From Raillietiella orientalis (Eukaryota), in contig JAYWIR010000027.1 of assembly GCA_036172245.1 (NCBI GenBank), positions 2,914,001 to 2,978,000 of the forward strand: a DNA stretch of 64,000 nucleotides, given 5' to 3'. This document shows positions 26,751-40,339 of this stretch, piece after piece. Under the pieces are notes generated by a model, which saw only the letters and a program-made list of their open reading frames with translations, did not search any database and had not been told where the DNA came from. A program made the translations under genes and the position numbers. Within the stretch, counting starts at the first letter, position 1, and each line of letters opens with the position of its first letter.

Positions 26751-28199
26751 CTTCTTTGTGGGAGCGATGGGGCACCAAGCCGATATTTGTGGGAATACAA
26801 CACTAAATCGTGGAACTGAACAACATCAACATCAGCTCCTGGTGAAAAGCGACTCGCGATTACGTCGGCTGAACACTCAAATCAGTTCGACACAAACAAA
26901 AATTCAAATCTTCCTGTTGGACTCACAAACGGGGCGAGTGAAGACATTCGGAAGGCGATCTTTGCTCACAGCACAAGCTCACGAGAGACTTTTGATCACA
27001 GAACGGTTGAAGAGACCCTCGTTCGCGAAACGGTCTCGTACCGTTACGAATCTGCGTTTTCGGAAAACCATTTACCATCTTTCCTGACATTGTGGACCCA
27101 ACACAGGAGTGCATTTAGAATGCGGTAGTGTTGCATGATGTGACCATCACTAAGGTGAACAGCAATTGTGAAGATTTTCGCAAGTGGTGGTCATCTCTTT
27201 GCTTTTTTCCCTTCAAGTCAATGGAATACTCTTGCAAAGATCAAACACATATTTTTGCTTTTTTGATAACTATTAAGACGAATGTGGTGGCACCACTGAT
27301 TTTGTCACTTTCCACGCACAAAGATGTGTAATTGTTATTCGGTTAAATTATAACATTTTCTAGTGGTTTACAAAGAAAATTCAGAATGTTGCTTTCAAAG
27401 GAAATTTTCTCATTTTTTGTAATGCACAATGTGTAGATTTGCCTTTTTTTTTTTTTTTCCCATCATAAGTCTTTCATAACAGGTTTTCCCTTGGGTTCAG
27501 GTTTAAGCCAAGAGTTACTGAACCTGTCGGCAGTTCAGAGTCGAGAGCCACGAAAGATCAATTTCATCCGACATGAAACACCATGTGTTCCGTGCATGGA
27601 GCCTTTGCAGAATTTCTTTGCACAGAGCAAACCGTACGGAGAAGGACTGCTGATCGAGGAAATCTGCTGGTGCCATTTGGGGGGCAATCTGGAAAAAAAA
27701 TTTCGAAACATCTGGTAACACACACCATGGTTATACATCCATGTACATATAGGTATACGTGTGTGCACGCACACATATGCATTCATGTACACCAATAGTG
27801 AAATGAATTCTTTATTCTGCTCTGTCGTCACAACTTGGTAAACAAGACCCTTATCTCTTGAGATAGCTGGTGCATTTATGGTGGTGCACAACCATCATGC
27901 TGCTTCATCTTCAATGCTACAAAAGCACTTCACATTCCATTAGATGGCGATGTGCTCCCTTTTTTTTTGCTTTTTTCCTGTTATACGTTTCGTCACAGGA
28001 ATATTTTTATCAGAAGGAAATACAATACGCTATAAACTGATTAGGTTTGTAATTTCTTCACCGTGAAGTTCCGAGCAAATTAATGTCATAGGCAGAGGCG
28101 ATTCGATGCATCTCAACACAAATTCTCGAGCACCAAATGGCACGCGACCACTTGCGCGATGCAATGACTGACCCCTGGACTCGCAGCAAGTCCAGCGGG

Positions 28200-28480
28200 C
28201 AGTCATCGTTCTCACACACTCATCTACCTTTCCCTCATCCGAGATGGGGCACTAGGTCAGCAGGCCCACAACAACATACTGGGGCACACTCGGATGGAAA
28301 CTTGCCGGCATCCTGGAAAGGATGAGGAATGAGGAGGACGACCTCCAGCGGGATGTGATGATCTCTTCCCTAACCCTCCCTCTTTTCTGGTGAATAGGGT
28401 TTTCTTTATTTTTGTTTGTCCCTTCCCCTCCGCTGTCGAGTCGAACCTCGCCGGCCTGCGTGCCGGCTACTCGGCAAGTT
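28200..28480 (+). mobile_element. Relic of the same GC-rich LINE family (spacer plus hairpin)
   Basis: T-rich tract, then GTCCCTTCCCCTCCG, then hairpin GCCGGC-CTGCGT-GCCGGC (28450-28467), in the same order as at 59670-59735. Confidence 0.4.
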
Positions 28481-29064
28481 CCAAAAAATTGCCAGACGTT
28501 GCGGGGCCGATGGCCCTAAATATTTTTGTTTATTTTCGCCATTAACGGCCCCGACGCACCCGGGTGTTAAACAACAACATGTTTGCACTAAAATGCTAAA
28601 AAAAATAAAAATACCTGCCTGAGTCATCAAAGACACCAGTGGCATCACCGGCCCGTGGTTTCGAGGAAACTTGTCAAGCGAAAAAGCCATTACGTGGAGC
28701 AACTTTGTGGACAGAAAGCAAGCAAAACGAAACGAAAACCGAGTAATTACGTAATTAATTAGTGGAAGAGCAGCGACATCGATCCGAATCGTAAGAATGA
28801 GCCATCAACAAATGCATCCTCTTCAAAAAGACACGCGGTGAGCACGAACAGCAGAACCTTTTGCAATTCCTTTCTTGGACAGACGACAGCATCGCGTCTT
28901 TGGCGCGCCTCGGCAGGTCCTCCTACGGGAGGGCCCACCTGGTTCTTACACGCACGAAGAACAGGCCTTCCCGGATGGTGAGCGCCGTTCCAACTCGGCC
29001 ATTCCTTGCACCGTTTCTCTCGCGCTCTCGAGTCGGGGAGGGAGGGAGGGGGGGGGGAGGAAAG

Positions 29065-29611
29065 GTGACGTGGTCACGTGCGGTTTCCGATGGCGCGTGT
29101 TGATCCGCGTGACCGTCCGCGGTGTCGGACGTCTTTCCGTTTGGCATCGTGCAAACAAGTTGTGGTCGCAGTTCGCCGCCGGTGCCCTTCGCGACGGAAG
29201 GAAGCGGTGACCTGACCTCCTCAGGCAGCTCTCCAGCGTTCTCGTGTGTGTGCGTGTTCGCGCGCGATTTCGGACGGCCCTTCCATCCATCCACCCAATT
29301 TCCTTATCTGAAAGCAGTGGTCGCCAGTCGCTGGCTGCGAATCCGCCCCAGCAACGGATCCATCGATCAAACGCATCCACCGCGATTTGCATCGGAAGCA
29401 CTGCGCGCAAAAACAAAACAAAAACAAAAAAAAGAAAAAAAAAAAAAAAAACACCCTAAGAAGATAAGATCTATCCAGCTACCCGTAAATTAGCAGTGTC
29501 CTCGGATTCTATCCTCGGCTTGTCTAATCCGCTGCCGTTATTACGACTGGGTTTCGTGGCCGGGGAATCCATGCTGCATAAGAGTTGGGCCGCACGAATG
29601 TGATGACGTCA
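29065..29611. promoter_or_regulatory. Candidate cis-elements upstream of the kelch gene: tandem GTGACGTG/GTCACGTG E-box (29065-29080) and CRE palindrome TGACGTCA (29604-29611)
   Basis: Motif matches only, in a CpG-rich region 2-2.6 kb upstream of the ATG. Confidence 0.25.
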
Positions 29612-31695
29612 CGTAAGCACGATGCGATGTTCGCGATCATGCAGCGGGGTGACGGTTGAGTTATCGGTTTGGGGGGAGGGGTGCGGGTTCGAGTGCAAAG
29701 TGGGAGGGGGAGCGGGCGATCTTCATGGGGTTGCGCTGCACTGCAGTTCTTGCGGCCTCCCTATCGATCGTAAATCCTCTCACACACCAGCCTTCCGCCC
29801 GTCGCCGCTCCCCATCGGTCCCCTCCGCGTACGGGGGGAGCCAACCATCGTTTCCGGAAAGTGAGAGCGAAACCGAGGAGGAAGGCGGAGCAACTCTGAA
29901 GAAGCCCGCGACGGCCTCTCCGGATCTCGGATGTGAAAAAGCACGCAATCACAAAAAAAAAAAAAAAAAAAACGACGAGGAAAACTCGGAAGGGTCTCGC
30001 TGAAATTCTCGGCGCATCTCCCCCCGTGCGAGTCCACCGTGCGATGACGCGTCTTCCTCTTCCCCCGTGTGAGCGTTGAGAGAGAGTGAGCGTTGGGGGG
30101 GGGGGGACGCGAGCCACGCGAATTTTTCGTCGTGGCTCGAATGGGATGAGCTTGAGAAGCGGGAGACTGGGAGCACCGTGACCTTAGCCAAAAGACCGAC
30201 AAGCGATATGAAGTCGCTCCCACATACGAAGGAGGAAGAGGGAGGCCTCTCCCCTTCGGAGGGGGGAGAGGAAGGGGAGGAGCAGGCGGATCCTCGGACG
30301 AGCAAGAGGAGCACGAGGTCCGGAGGATGGGGAGAAGACAGGGTCGGGGGCTGGAGGGCGCGCCGCAAGCGCCACCTGCTTGCTCGGACGGCGGGAACGG
30401 GTCTGCCTTGTGCCCGCCCTGTCCATCCTCACCACCCTCCCCACGCAACGCATGCGCGAGTCCCTCCCCCCCTTCCCATTGCCTAGGCAATGGGGAGGGA
30501 GGGATTCCAGTGACCGTCGTGCTGCTTCGCAGGTCCGAGGTTTTTCGCCTGGCAGCCAAGGGGGAGGGGGGATCTGGTGATGACTGGCTGCCGCAGTCGC
30601 TTCTCCTGCGGACGGGTTCCCTCTCCCCTTCCCGGTCCACCAACACTCAGGACCGCCGGAGAGGAGTCGATGGTCTCCTCAGGGTGGGGGAGGGGAGCTC
30701 AGTGGAGGAAGACGCTTGCAGGGAACCGGGACATCCGACAGCCCGACACACGCGGGTGAAGGACGGCAGCAGATAAACAGCATCCTCCGAGCATCGTCCT
30801 CATCTGGGCCTGCGGAAGAAAAGAAGGAAGGTGTGTGTGGAAGGAGGAAGAGTGAAAGGAAAGAAGGAAGTGAAGCTGAGGAAAGGAGGAGGAGGAAGAG
30901 GAGGACCGTCTAGCGTGAAAGGCAAAAGAAAAGCTGCAGTAGAAAGAAGGGGGGCTTGCCCTCCTTCACACCTGACCACTCTCATCTCCTCCTCCTCCTC
31001 TTCGCCCCCTCCCCCCCTTCCACCCTGCACAGGTGAAGGAAAGGAGCCCTCTACGGGTCTCCATGTCTGTCACCGCCTCCGTCGTTGCCGCACTGAACGG
31101 TAGCCGTGGGAGGAGGAGAAAGGGGGAAAGGGAGAGAGGGCGTTGCCCCCAGTGACGCGCGCCGTCTGATCGCCCGTCCCATCTATTCCGCGCTTCTCTT
31201 TCCGAGGACCTGCGAGGGGTAAGAGGAAAGGTCGCGCGCGATGTCATTGTGCCTTCCCCCCTCCTCTTCCTCTCGCTTCACCCAGGAAGCAGGAAGAGGC
31301 TCAGAATGAGGGGGGACCGCCACAAGGAAGTGGAGAGGAAACCGAGAGGAGCTCCGACTCCCAGCCGCCGACCTTTGTCCGCTCCTCGCATTCGCCGCCG
31401 CACGATTCGCGATGTCGCAGCGCATGCGCGCAGGGCGGAAGCGCTCGGGACTGCGGCGCGCGTGCGATTATCGACTGGACCGAGAGCCAAAGGGCGGCGC
31501 CTGCGCGGTCGCTCCCGAGGGAGTGCCTGCGTTCGCCCCTCCTCCCCTTTCCTCCTCCTCCTCCTCCTCCTCTTCCTCCCCCCTCCTTCCCTTCCCGCTT
31601 CCCTGACCCCACGCCGGCAGTCGCGTCTCCCGGCGAGTGCTTTCGGCAGCGGCCCTCGCGCGTCTGCCGCGGCCCTTGCTCGCGGCGGCGCGGGA

Positions 31696-34560
31696 ATGTG
31701 GAGCGCGGTGGCGCCCGCGGCAGGGGAGACGTCCCCATGTTCCCGGTGCAAGCACGCCTCCTGCTACCACGATGGCTCTGTCTATCTCCTGGGTGGGAGG
31801 AACGGCAACCTCCCCCTGAGAGACTTCTGGAGGCTCGACCTGGGTGAGCATCGCGCACACGCTTGCGCGGCCGACCCTCCTCCTTTCCCATCTTCCGAGA
31901 AGGAGGGGGAAGGCGCAAAGGGCAGGGGAGAGGGGGAGGCTGCCCCCTCCGCCTGGGCGTCTCGGGGCCCTTCTCTCTCTGCCGCTCCCTTCTCATCGCT
32001 CTCCCCCCTGCGTCTTCTCTCTCCCCAGAGGAGTGCAGGTGGCGCCTTGTGAGCACCGCGGCCGTGCCGTGGCTCCAGGAGCACAGCATGGTGGCCTGGA
32101 GGGGGAGGATCTACGTCTTCGGGGGCGAGGTGGGGTGCTCGCCGGAGGACGAGTCGCCCCTCCGCATCTACGACATCCAGGTACAGGGAAGCGCTGCTTG
32201 CGCCCTCCCGCGGACCCCGTGCGCGCGCCCTCACTCGGGAGGCCCACGCATTTCAGGAGAAGGTCTGGAGGAAGGTCAGTGTGCCCTGCAAGGGTCCCTC
32301 GGGGCGGAGGGGCCATACAGCCCACCTGTTCCGGGGCTCCATGTACGTCTACGGCGGCTATCTGGACCTGCGGGGCTCCTCGGACCAGCTCTGGAAGCTC
32401 GACCTTGGTGAGCAGGCGACCTTGATGGGGGGAGGGACTCCTCCCTCCCTCCCCCGCCCCCCAGCCTGCTGCTGGAAGCGGAGGAAAGTCGGGAAGGACG
32501 GAGGAGCGCCCACCAGGCCGGCGCCCGCGGAGTCGGCGGGTAGGGTGGGGTGGAGGACGAACTTCCCCCTAGGGGAGCAAACAGCTGGGGAGCCACGAGC
32601 AGCAGAAATCCCCCCCCCCTCCCTGCCCCGCCCGAGGACGCGCAGCATCGGGGGTGAGGTGGAGTGGGGGACGCGAGTCCTGCTGCTGCTCCGCCTTTGC
32701 TGCTGCACCCTTCCTTCCCGATCCCCCCCGTCCGGCCACCACGGCGACCGACTTGGATGCGCGTCTCCCCAGAGGAAGAGAGCTGGAGCTTGTGCGCCCC
32801 CGGTCCCGGGCGCGAGCGCCCAGCGGGGCGCCACAACCACTCGTCGGTGCTGGACCGCGCTTCCCTGTGGGTGTACGGCGGCATGACGGACCTGCGGGAG
32901 AACTCGGACCTCTGGCAGCTTGACCTCGGTGAGTGCGGCCGCTCCTCCCCCCCTGCCCTCGGCTGTGTAGGGCGGGGGCGCGCCGCTACGAGCGCTTCCC
33001 CCTTCCCTCCTCCTCTCTCTCTCTCTCTCCAGAGACGCTATCGTGGAGACGCGTGAGGTGTAGGCAGGGCCCGGGGGCCCTGCACGGTCACGTCGCCTGC
33101 AAGGTCAAGGATGCCATGATCGTGTTCGGAGGACAGCGCAACAAGGAGATCCTCTCTGACCTCTGGAAGTTTCACTTCGGTAACCTCACGCCCTCCCTTC
33201 CCAAGCGGTCTCGTGTCCCCGCCGTCCCGAGGAGTCCTGGCACTGATACCGGGAGGAGCCGGAGGGACACCGCTGGAAGCAGGGAGGGAGGGAAGGAGAG
33301 TTCAGGGGGAAGGAGGGAGGAGGGGGCAGGAAATTCTGCTCCCTGCGGAGGTCAAGTGCCTCCTTTCCCGTATCCCCTTGAAGGGGCGAGATCGCTTCTT
33401 TTCCAGGGGGAGGGGGTGGGTGGGAGCAGGCGGATCCTCGGCTCCCTCCCCCCCTCTCTCCCTCCCCCAGGCGAGCAGGATGGGGAGGGAGGGCGTCCCC
33501 CGCCCCGATGACCGTGCCCTGTCTCTCTCCAGCGACGGAGATCTGGGAGCACCTGCAGCCCTTGGGCATCCGCCCGTCTTCGAGGTGTCTGGCGACCATC
33601 TGCTGCGTGGGGGACTCGAACGGGGTGGCGAAGAGTGACGACGACGAGGACGACGACGACGATGGCACACCGTCCCTCCTGCCGCTCTCCGCCTCCCCAG
33701 AGGACAGCGGCGTCGAGTTCGCCCGGCACGTGCTGATGCGGGTCGTCGGTAGCGGCAGCCACGCCGGCCTCCCGGAACTCGCTGGGGCGCGGGGGCGGTG
33801 GCGTCGCTCGGTCCCGGCGGCGGCGCGCGCGCGCGGAAGGCTGCGGAGAGCTGGCGGCGAAGGGTTCGCCTGCCCCGCCCTCCTGGGCGGCGACGGCTCC
33901 AGGGAAAGTCTCATACCCGGCCCGGCCAGGACCACCGTCTTCCGCATGGTCAAGTCGAGGAGCAGCAACGTCCTGGGAAGGCTATGGGAGAGGTTCAGGG
34001 AGCCGACCCACGGGCCCCTGGCCGAGGCGCCGACCCTTCCCCACGACGTGCTCTCCGTGCCCAACTTCGGCGACCTGGAAGGCGACTCCTGGAGTGCGAA
34101 CGGTCCCTCCTATCCGCCCACCTCCGCCGCTAGGCGCCGCTGCTACGACCCGGACGACATGACCTCCTTTAGGAGGAGCCTGCGGCTCCTCGAGCTGGAC
34201 GAGGAGGAGCTGCGCGGCTGCGGCCCCGACGGCCCGGCAGCCGCCTGCCACGCCACTCGTCGCCCGCCCAGGAGCTTCGAGAACCCCAACTACCACCACC
34301 ACCAGCCGCGCGGGGCGGCGGCCCTGGCTGCGGAGCTGAACGACCTGGCCGCGCTCCCGGAAGCGCCAGCGACCGAGTGCCTCGAGCTGGACCTGGTGAA
34401 GAGGCTGCCGCCCACCCCCAGGGACCGCAACCACCGCCGAGTCCCCTGCTGCTACTACGGCAGCGCCTCCATCTATGTGCTCGGGGGCCGGGAGGTCGGG
34501 CAGATCAATTCCTTCCGCAGACCGCTGTCGGTGTGGAAGTTCGAGCTGCCCTTCTGCTGA
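31696..34560 (+). CDS. Kelch-repeat beta-propeller protein, 6 exons (31696-31843, 32029-32180, 32257-32407, 32773-32928, 33033-33179, 33533-34560)
   Basis: Each exon encodes a kelch blade (VYLLGG, IYVFGG, MYVYGG, LWVYGG, MIVFGG, IYVLGG with downstream W). All junctions are GT-AG and keep frame. Confidence 0.9.
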
Positions 34561-37500
34561 GTGCACCCTCGTGTGCGCACAAGCGATGATTCTCAGTGCA
34601 ATAAAAAAAAAAAGGGGGAAAAAAATGCGTGCGGGAACGAGAAGGACGCGAGGGGAAAAGACAGGTGCTTTCTCCTTCCCCACCTGTCCCCACCCCAATT
34701 TCCCCTTGTTTTTCCACTCGCGACGCGCCGTGGTCCCAGATAGCCCACATCCTCCGCCTCCCTCCTTCTCCCGCCGCCGCTGCCACTCCGCATGCTCGAG
34801 GAAGAGGTTGATTGGGGGAGGTCGGAGAACGAAAAAGCGGCAAGGACGATGCGGAGGGTCGGGGCGCATCCGCGACCTTCGAGACGCACGCGAGCTCAGC
34901 CGCCGGACGCACAGCACCCAAGGAATGACGTTCGGGTCGTCGCTGCCCCGTCCTCCCACCTACACGGATCCAGAGGACGTCGGTGCGATGGCGTTCGGAC
35001 GCGAGAAGCGGGGGGAGGGAGGGGGGGGGAGAGGACGCTCTCCTCCTATTAGCGAAACGTTCTCCGTTTTTTTTTTCTTCTTCTTTTTTTGTCTGGCTCC
35101 GAGGAGAGAACCCATGGGATCCTGCTCGAGCGAAATTTCCTGCTTCCTGTTCCATGCTGGATCCTTCTGCGCACACAGCGAGCCCTTTCGGGTTGATTCG
35201 GGAGCTTTCAGGAACTGCCTCCGTTCCCCTATTCCACTTGGCTCGCGATGGCAGTTCGGCTTCCTCATAGGCGACGACAGGGATTCTTTCTCGGAGCTAT
35301 CGACCGCGCGGATTGATTGGTTCCTCTCCAGAGATCCCGCAGTTGCAGATGCGGCCGTGACGTGCTCCGGAATCATTACGCCGGGGGAACCGCCACTCGA
35401 CTTTCTTCCGTGTCCTCCGGACGCCTAGTCATTACAGCCGCACCGATCCGCAACCGATGGATCGAGCGGTGCCATCTTCCCCGCCACCACTACGTTTCCC
35501 CGTCGTGTGGCGCACAGCATCCATGGACTCACCGCCATGGGAGTGCGGTATGCAAGTTGCTGCTGTTTTGAGGACAGCGGCCTGGCAGCACGCTGAAGCA
35601 CACGCCGTCACGGTTGCGAACGGGCAACCGTCGGCACGCAGAAGGAAACAGCTCCTCGAAAATGCAGGGATTTGAGAGTTTGGTCCAAGCCAGCAGGAAC
35701 TTCGGAGCCGGAGCCGAAAGCTGCGGTGCTGTCACGATAATTTCAAGACCAGCGGGGAACTGCAGTACCATCAGCTGCTCATTCATCCCACTCGGGATAA
35801 TAGCCAGGGCTTTCTTTCGTCCATCATTATTTATACTGAATGATTCACTGTGTAAACAAAAAAAATACTATTAAGAAAGTCACGAACGGGACGCCCGTCT
35901 CATGTTTGTACATGTTTCGAAAAGAAAAGGCTAAAATGCTGAAAGAACATGAAGACGCTCAAGAGGTGGAGTTAAGAACAAGAAGCTCCGAGGCCGCTAG
36001 CCGTTTGACTGACTACTTTCGTAGTAAAAAAAAAAGGAAAAAGAAAAGAGGTATTGAACAGAAATCGACTCTGAAAAGCTTCCTATTGCAACAGTGACAT
36101 TTGGAAAACCTTGCTGGGACCAACGCAAAGCATTCAACGAAAGGAAAAAAAAAACATAACTCTGGTTAATCGAACTGTGGTCCTCAACCGGAAACAGTAC
36201 ACCCAACCTTTCAAAAATAAGGATTTGCCTTTTAAACGTGAATGGATGGATACCACAAACATTTTGCAAATTTGGTGATGGAAGGTGTCTCACTTCTGCA
36301 ACAACGCGAGAATCCCATGCACATGTGTGTTATTTACCACCTCAATCAGCTATGATGAAAACAAGACTGGCGTCAAATTCAAAATTACATCTCCACGCTG
36401 CTGCTGTGCTTTTTTGAGTTCTTGGAAACGGATTGGTGGCGTAAAATTCAACGAAATATCTTAATTTGCACAGCAACTCATCAGAAGCATGGAAACATGC
36501 GAAAACCACCCCGTGCGGTGCGTCCATCAAAGAGCAGCCGGCAGGCACTTTCAACCACCGATCAATGGAACGCACGGTTACGCCGCAGCGCGCTGAGCGC
36601 GCGCACTTGGCAGGCGTGCCGGACGGCGGCTCGGTCGACAACAATGCTGGCATTACGAGGAGCTCCCGGAAGTTCCGCCCTGGCGCGCTGAGGCATGTGT
36701 TTTTTCCGGATACCCCTACTTCGAAAACACTTTCCCATGTAGGTTGCTCGACCTCAGCATTATGTACCACATCCTCCAAGTTGACAAAACTAAAGTGGTT
36801 GGCAAGGGAAAGCATTCACGATGCGACATAATAGGGCAATAATCTTGGATTATGCAGGTCACATTCAAGGCTGCATTGGTACTAATACTTTTTAAGTAGA
36901 CAATTCTTTGGGGACAAGTCACTTTGTGTCAAGATTTCATAATTCTGGGGGCTGTTCCGAGTTCCCTAGCAGATGTGCTGTTCGGCAGCACGAAGACAAC
37001 ATGCAACGCACCTCGTTACTTAACCACTGCATTGCCACGGGCACTAGATGCATTTGTGACAAAGATCACCATGCATAAAACTGGATAGCAATCACGACTT
37101 TCGAATACCTGCAAGTCAAATATTCACATTTAATTTGCAAGCACTTGACGTGCTGTTGGATGAAACTGACAAAAGTTCAATGCATTGAAAGTCACAAAAA
37201 AAGTTTCTTGCTCATTTCAAGAGCAAGAAATGTTCACATTCTGATTCTATTCCTGAAGATAACGGGAAAGAAAAGGGGGAATGTTTAACATCAGTAAGCT
37301 CTTGAAAATTTATTGTTTCAATTAATTTTCTCTAACACAATGTACTTTTAGAATTTGCATGGAGGCAGAGACAGATGCACATGTACACAAGCTTTACACA
37401 TCTGCTTTACATATACAGCAAAAAGAGACCTTTTCTGACAGATCTTAGCATTCTGAACTCTATTTTGAGTACTCGTTTTGAAGGAATTCAGCAACCTACT

Positions 37501-37682
37501 AACTAAAAAATCATTCACAAATTGTGTTCCAACTTTAGTGAAGTAATTGGGCTACCTCCAGCTTGAAAACAAAAGGATTTGGGAAAAATTTGATGTGTGT
37601 TAACAGCTATTCTGACCACCCAACCAACATAACAACAAACTTATGCTCTCTTAAATTCAGTAAAACATTTGCAAATTCAGGC

Positions 37683-37712
37683 AAAATGCCAAGCATCAAA
37701 ATGTACATAAGT
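37683..37712. repeat. 30-nt direct repeat, copy 1 (copy 2 at 39847-39876)
   Basis: AAAATGCCAAGCATCAAAATGTACATAAGT is identical at both positions. Confidence 0.85.
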
Positions 37713-38350
37713 GATCAAAAATGGTGAGATATCCCAAAGTTTCCTTCCAACTGTGCCTCTCCTTAAAAATCAAAAGCATGTATATTGAGTTCTATTTTGC
37801 AAATACCAATTACAATGCAATATTTATAAAAATCAATTCATATCCTCAATTCAAGAAGTGAAGTTTGGAACGCAAGCATGGCTTTCTCACAACTGCTATC
37901 ACTCTAGATCTCTTCATATTCGAAGATATGAAATCATGGTTAATCACAAACTTCACCAATAACACCTACTGTAAATCATTTTTAAAAATCATATGCACAA
38001 AGATACACATCGTTAGGGAAGTGCACATGTGGAATGAACATCCACAATAAAACCACAGTGGGAAGAGGGGGCAAGGATTTATGCTCATAAAAACATGCAC
38101 TGTTCTACTACTTCGAAAATACAAGGCACAAATCACTTTTCTTAATATATGACGACAGTTATCATTTTAACATGTGTGTGAAATGTGCTTACTGAAGATT
38201 TGTGCAAAATGCATCACTATCCAACAGCAACATCTGACGTGAGTGTTCCACCTATAATAGCCTATCCATGAATCTAAATATTTACATTTCCCCTGACAAA
38301 TTCCTCTTTTCTATTTTCACTACATAGTGCGGACTCTGCAACCACTTCAT

Positions 38351-40339
38351 TCAGTCATCTGCTTTCTTGACCTTCTTAGGATCAGGTACTGCACCATGTA
38401 CGTCTTCAACATTGCGCTAAATAGATTCTTTTACAGGCTACTTCTTCTGATTGAGTGTTACCTTGCTTCCTTTCTGTTTGTGCACCAAATGTGAAATGTT
38501 GTGAACTGGGCCTTCATGAGAAGAGGTAGGCACATTTGTAGAAAACTGCAAATCCTTTTCCTAGAAAGTATAACACTTTCAACAGAAGATATACATTAAC
38601 TGAACAGCACCTTCTCTTTCCGCAACCTCTCTTTTCTCAGCTCTTCCACATCTTGAATCTTTTCTTCAATGTCAGGTATCAATTTCTGTAACTCCTGTAC
38701 TTCCTTCTGTCTTGAGTAGAATAAGTCTGAGGATCCTGTAATGTCATGATGGCATCCTTGCACACAAGCTGTTTCATCCCCATGAGACTCTGTACCACAG
38801 CATTTGTAAACAAGCCAAGAAAGGGCTACCTACCTTCACTCTGCAAACAAAGAACTCTCTCTTGGAGCACAGTCAACACCTGATGAAACATCTCTTGGGC
38901 GAGATCAAATTGGTCCCCAAGAGTATGAGCACTGCCTAATTGGAAATAGGTCTCAGCAAGCAAACGATCATGGCTATGTAGATGACGTTTTTGCAGCTCC
39001 AAGCACTCCTGCAGATCTTCTATACTTTGTGGGTGATTGTCAGATTCCATGCTAATTTCTCCCAATTGTAGGTATGTCTGTGCCAGTTTTAGTTCCATTT
39101 CTCGACCACTGCCAAGCTGTCTACAATAACAGAAAGACTAGTAGCCAATGTGGGTTTGCTTACCTGCGGAATATCACTTTTGCCATTTCTGAAACTTCCC
39201 ATGCCAGCTGTATAGTAGAGACTTCTTCACTATCACTGAATACCCCTCCAGATCTTTCCTGCTTTGATTCACCACTTTGACTTACTGATCTTCATTGTCT
39301 TCCTTACTCTCCAGATCTTCCACATCAGCATTCCCTTCATCTTTATCCCCTTCTTCTTCACTCCTATTTTCCTCCACGGAGTTCAGCATTTCATCATCCT
39401 TATCTTCATCATTCACCTCATCTTCTTCTCCATTAATTTGTGATTGCTCTCCGTCATCAGTTTCCTCAGAGTCTTCACATTCATTTTCTTAAAAATAAAA
39501 ACAAAAACGAAAGAAAACAAAAACAAAAAAACATCGCAATGCTCATAACATTTTATAAGCAGTAGACATTAGGAATCTTAAACAATTTTCTTTTTTTACC
39601 TTTAAAAAACTTTTTATCTAAAACAACCGATTCTTCACGATGCAGTTCTAAGAGGGCCTTGCCATAATAAAAATATGCTTCACCACATTCATTAGCCAAT
39701 TCTCCAAAGTGTTCGCTTAACAATTTACACGCTTCCTGAAAGCTGCTAACAGCTGAAGGAATGTCTTTTACAAGTAAATGGCGTTTCCCTTGGATTAGGT
39801 GATTAAGAGCTTCAGCAACATCGCTGAAATTTTAAAAATGAATAAAAAAATGCCAAGCATCAAAATGTACATAAGTTGATAACTTCATAATTATTGGTGT
39901 ACTTATAATCATTAAGCACAACATGAAGTTAATGAAAATGAAATCCACGTATAATTTATAAAGCAAATTATGCCCAGTCTGAAAATGTAAACATTCACTT
40001 TTGAAGTTTTCCTATGTAACACGCAGTGTTTACAACTGCAGGCATTAGAACATGGTCCCTTATTAATGGTCTGTTTTAACGAAAAGGCTCATATCAAACT
40101 TTTATTCTTTCAAATTTTGTAAATTTGACTGTTCTGGGTAAAGCAACAAAAATTACCTCTTCTCTTTTGATACGGACGGTTTAACAGACGCCTCTTTTGT
40201 TTCGGATTTCACAGGCATTTCTTTTTGACTGGTCTCAATTTCCGCTGAATTCCTACAATTATCAAATGAATATGGGAAACATAAAGGTTAAAGTAACATA
40301 CATATGGGAATGCATATCCTCTCTAACGTACTACCTCAT
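38351..40339 (-). CDS. NASP: Nuclear autoantigenic sperm protein (SHNi-TPR histone H3/H4 chaperone)
   Basis: QGKRHLLVKDIPSAVSSFQEAC...ECGEAYFYYGKALLEL, an acidic tract, LAWEVSEMAK, LAQTYLQLGEISMESDNHPQSIEDL, DRLLAETYFQLG, LIPDIEEKIQD, NISHLVHK and C-terminal PKKVK. GT-AG introns keep frame. The first micro-exon (ATGAG at 40339) is less certain. Confidence 0.93.

Noticed and set aside
31550..31575. (CCT)n and other short microsatellites, e.g. (CTG)n at ~1471-1489
   Set aside because: Ordinary simple repeats.
22735..35500. Many long overlapping ORFs in GC-rich regions
   Set aside because: Low-complexity R/P/G/S translations expected from GC-rich DNA; most are shadows of the kelch gene or of retroelement relics.
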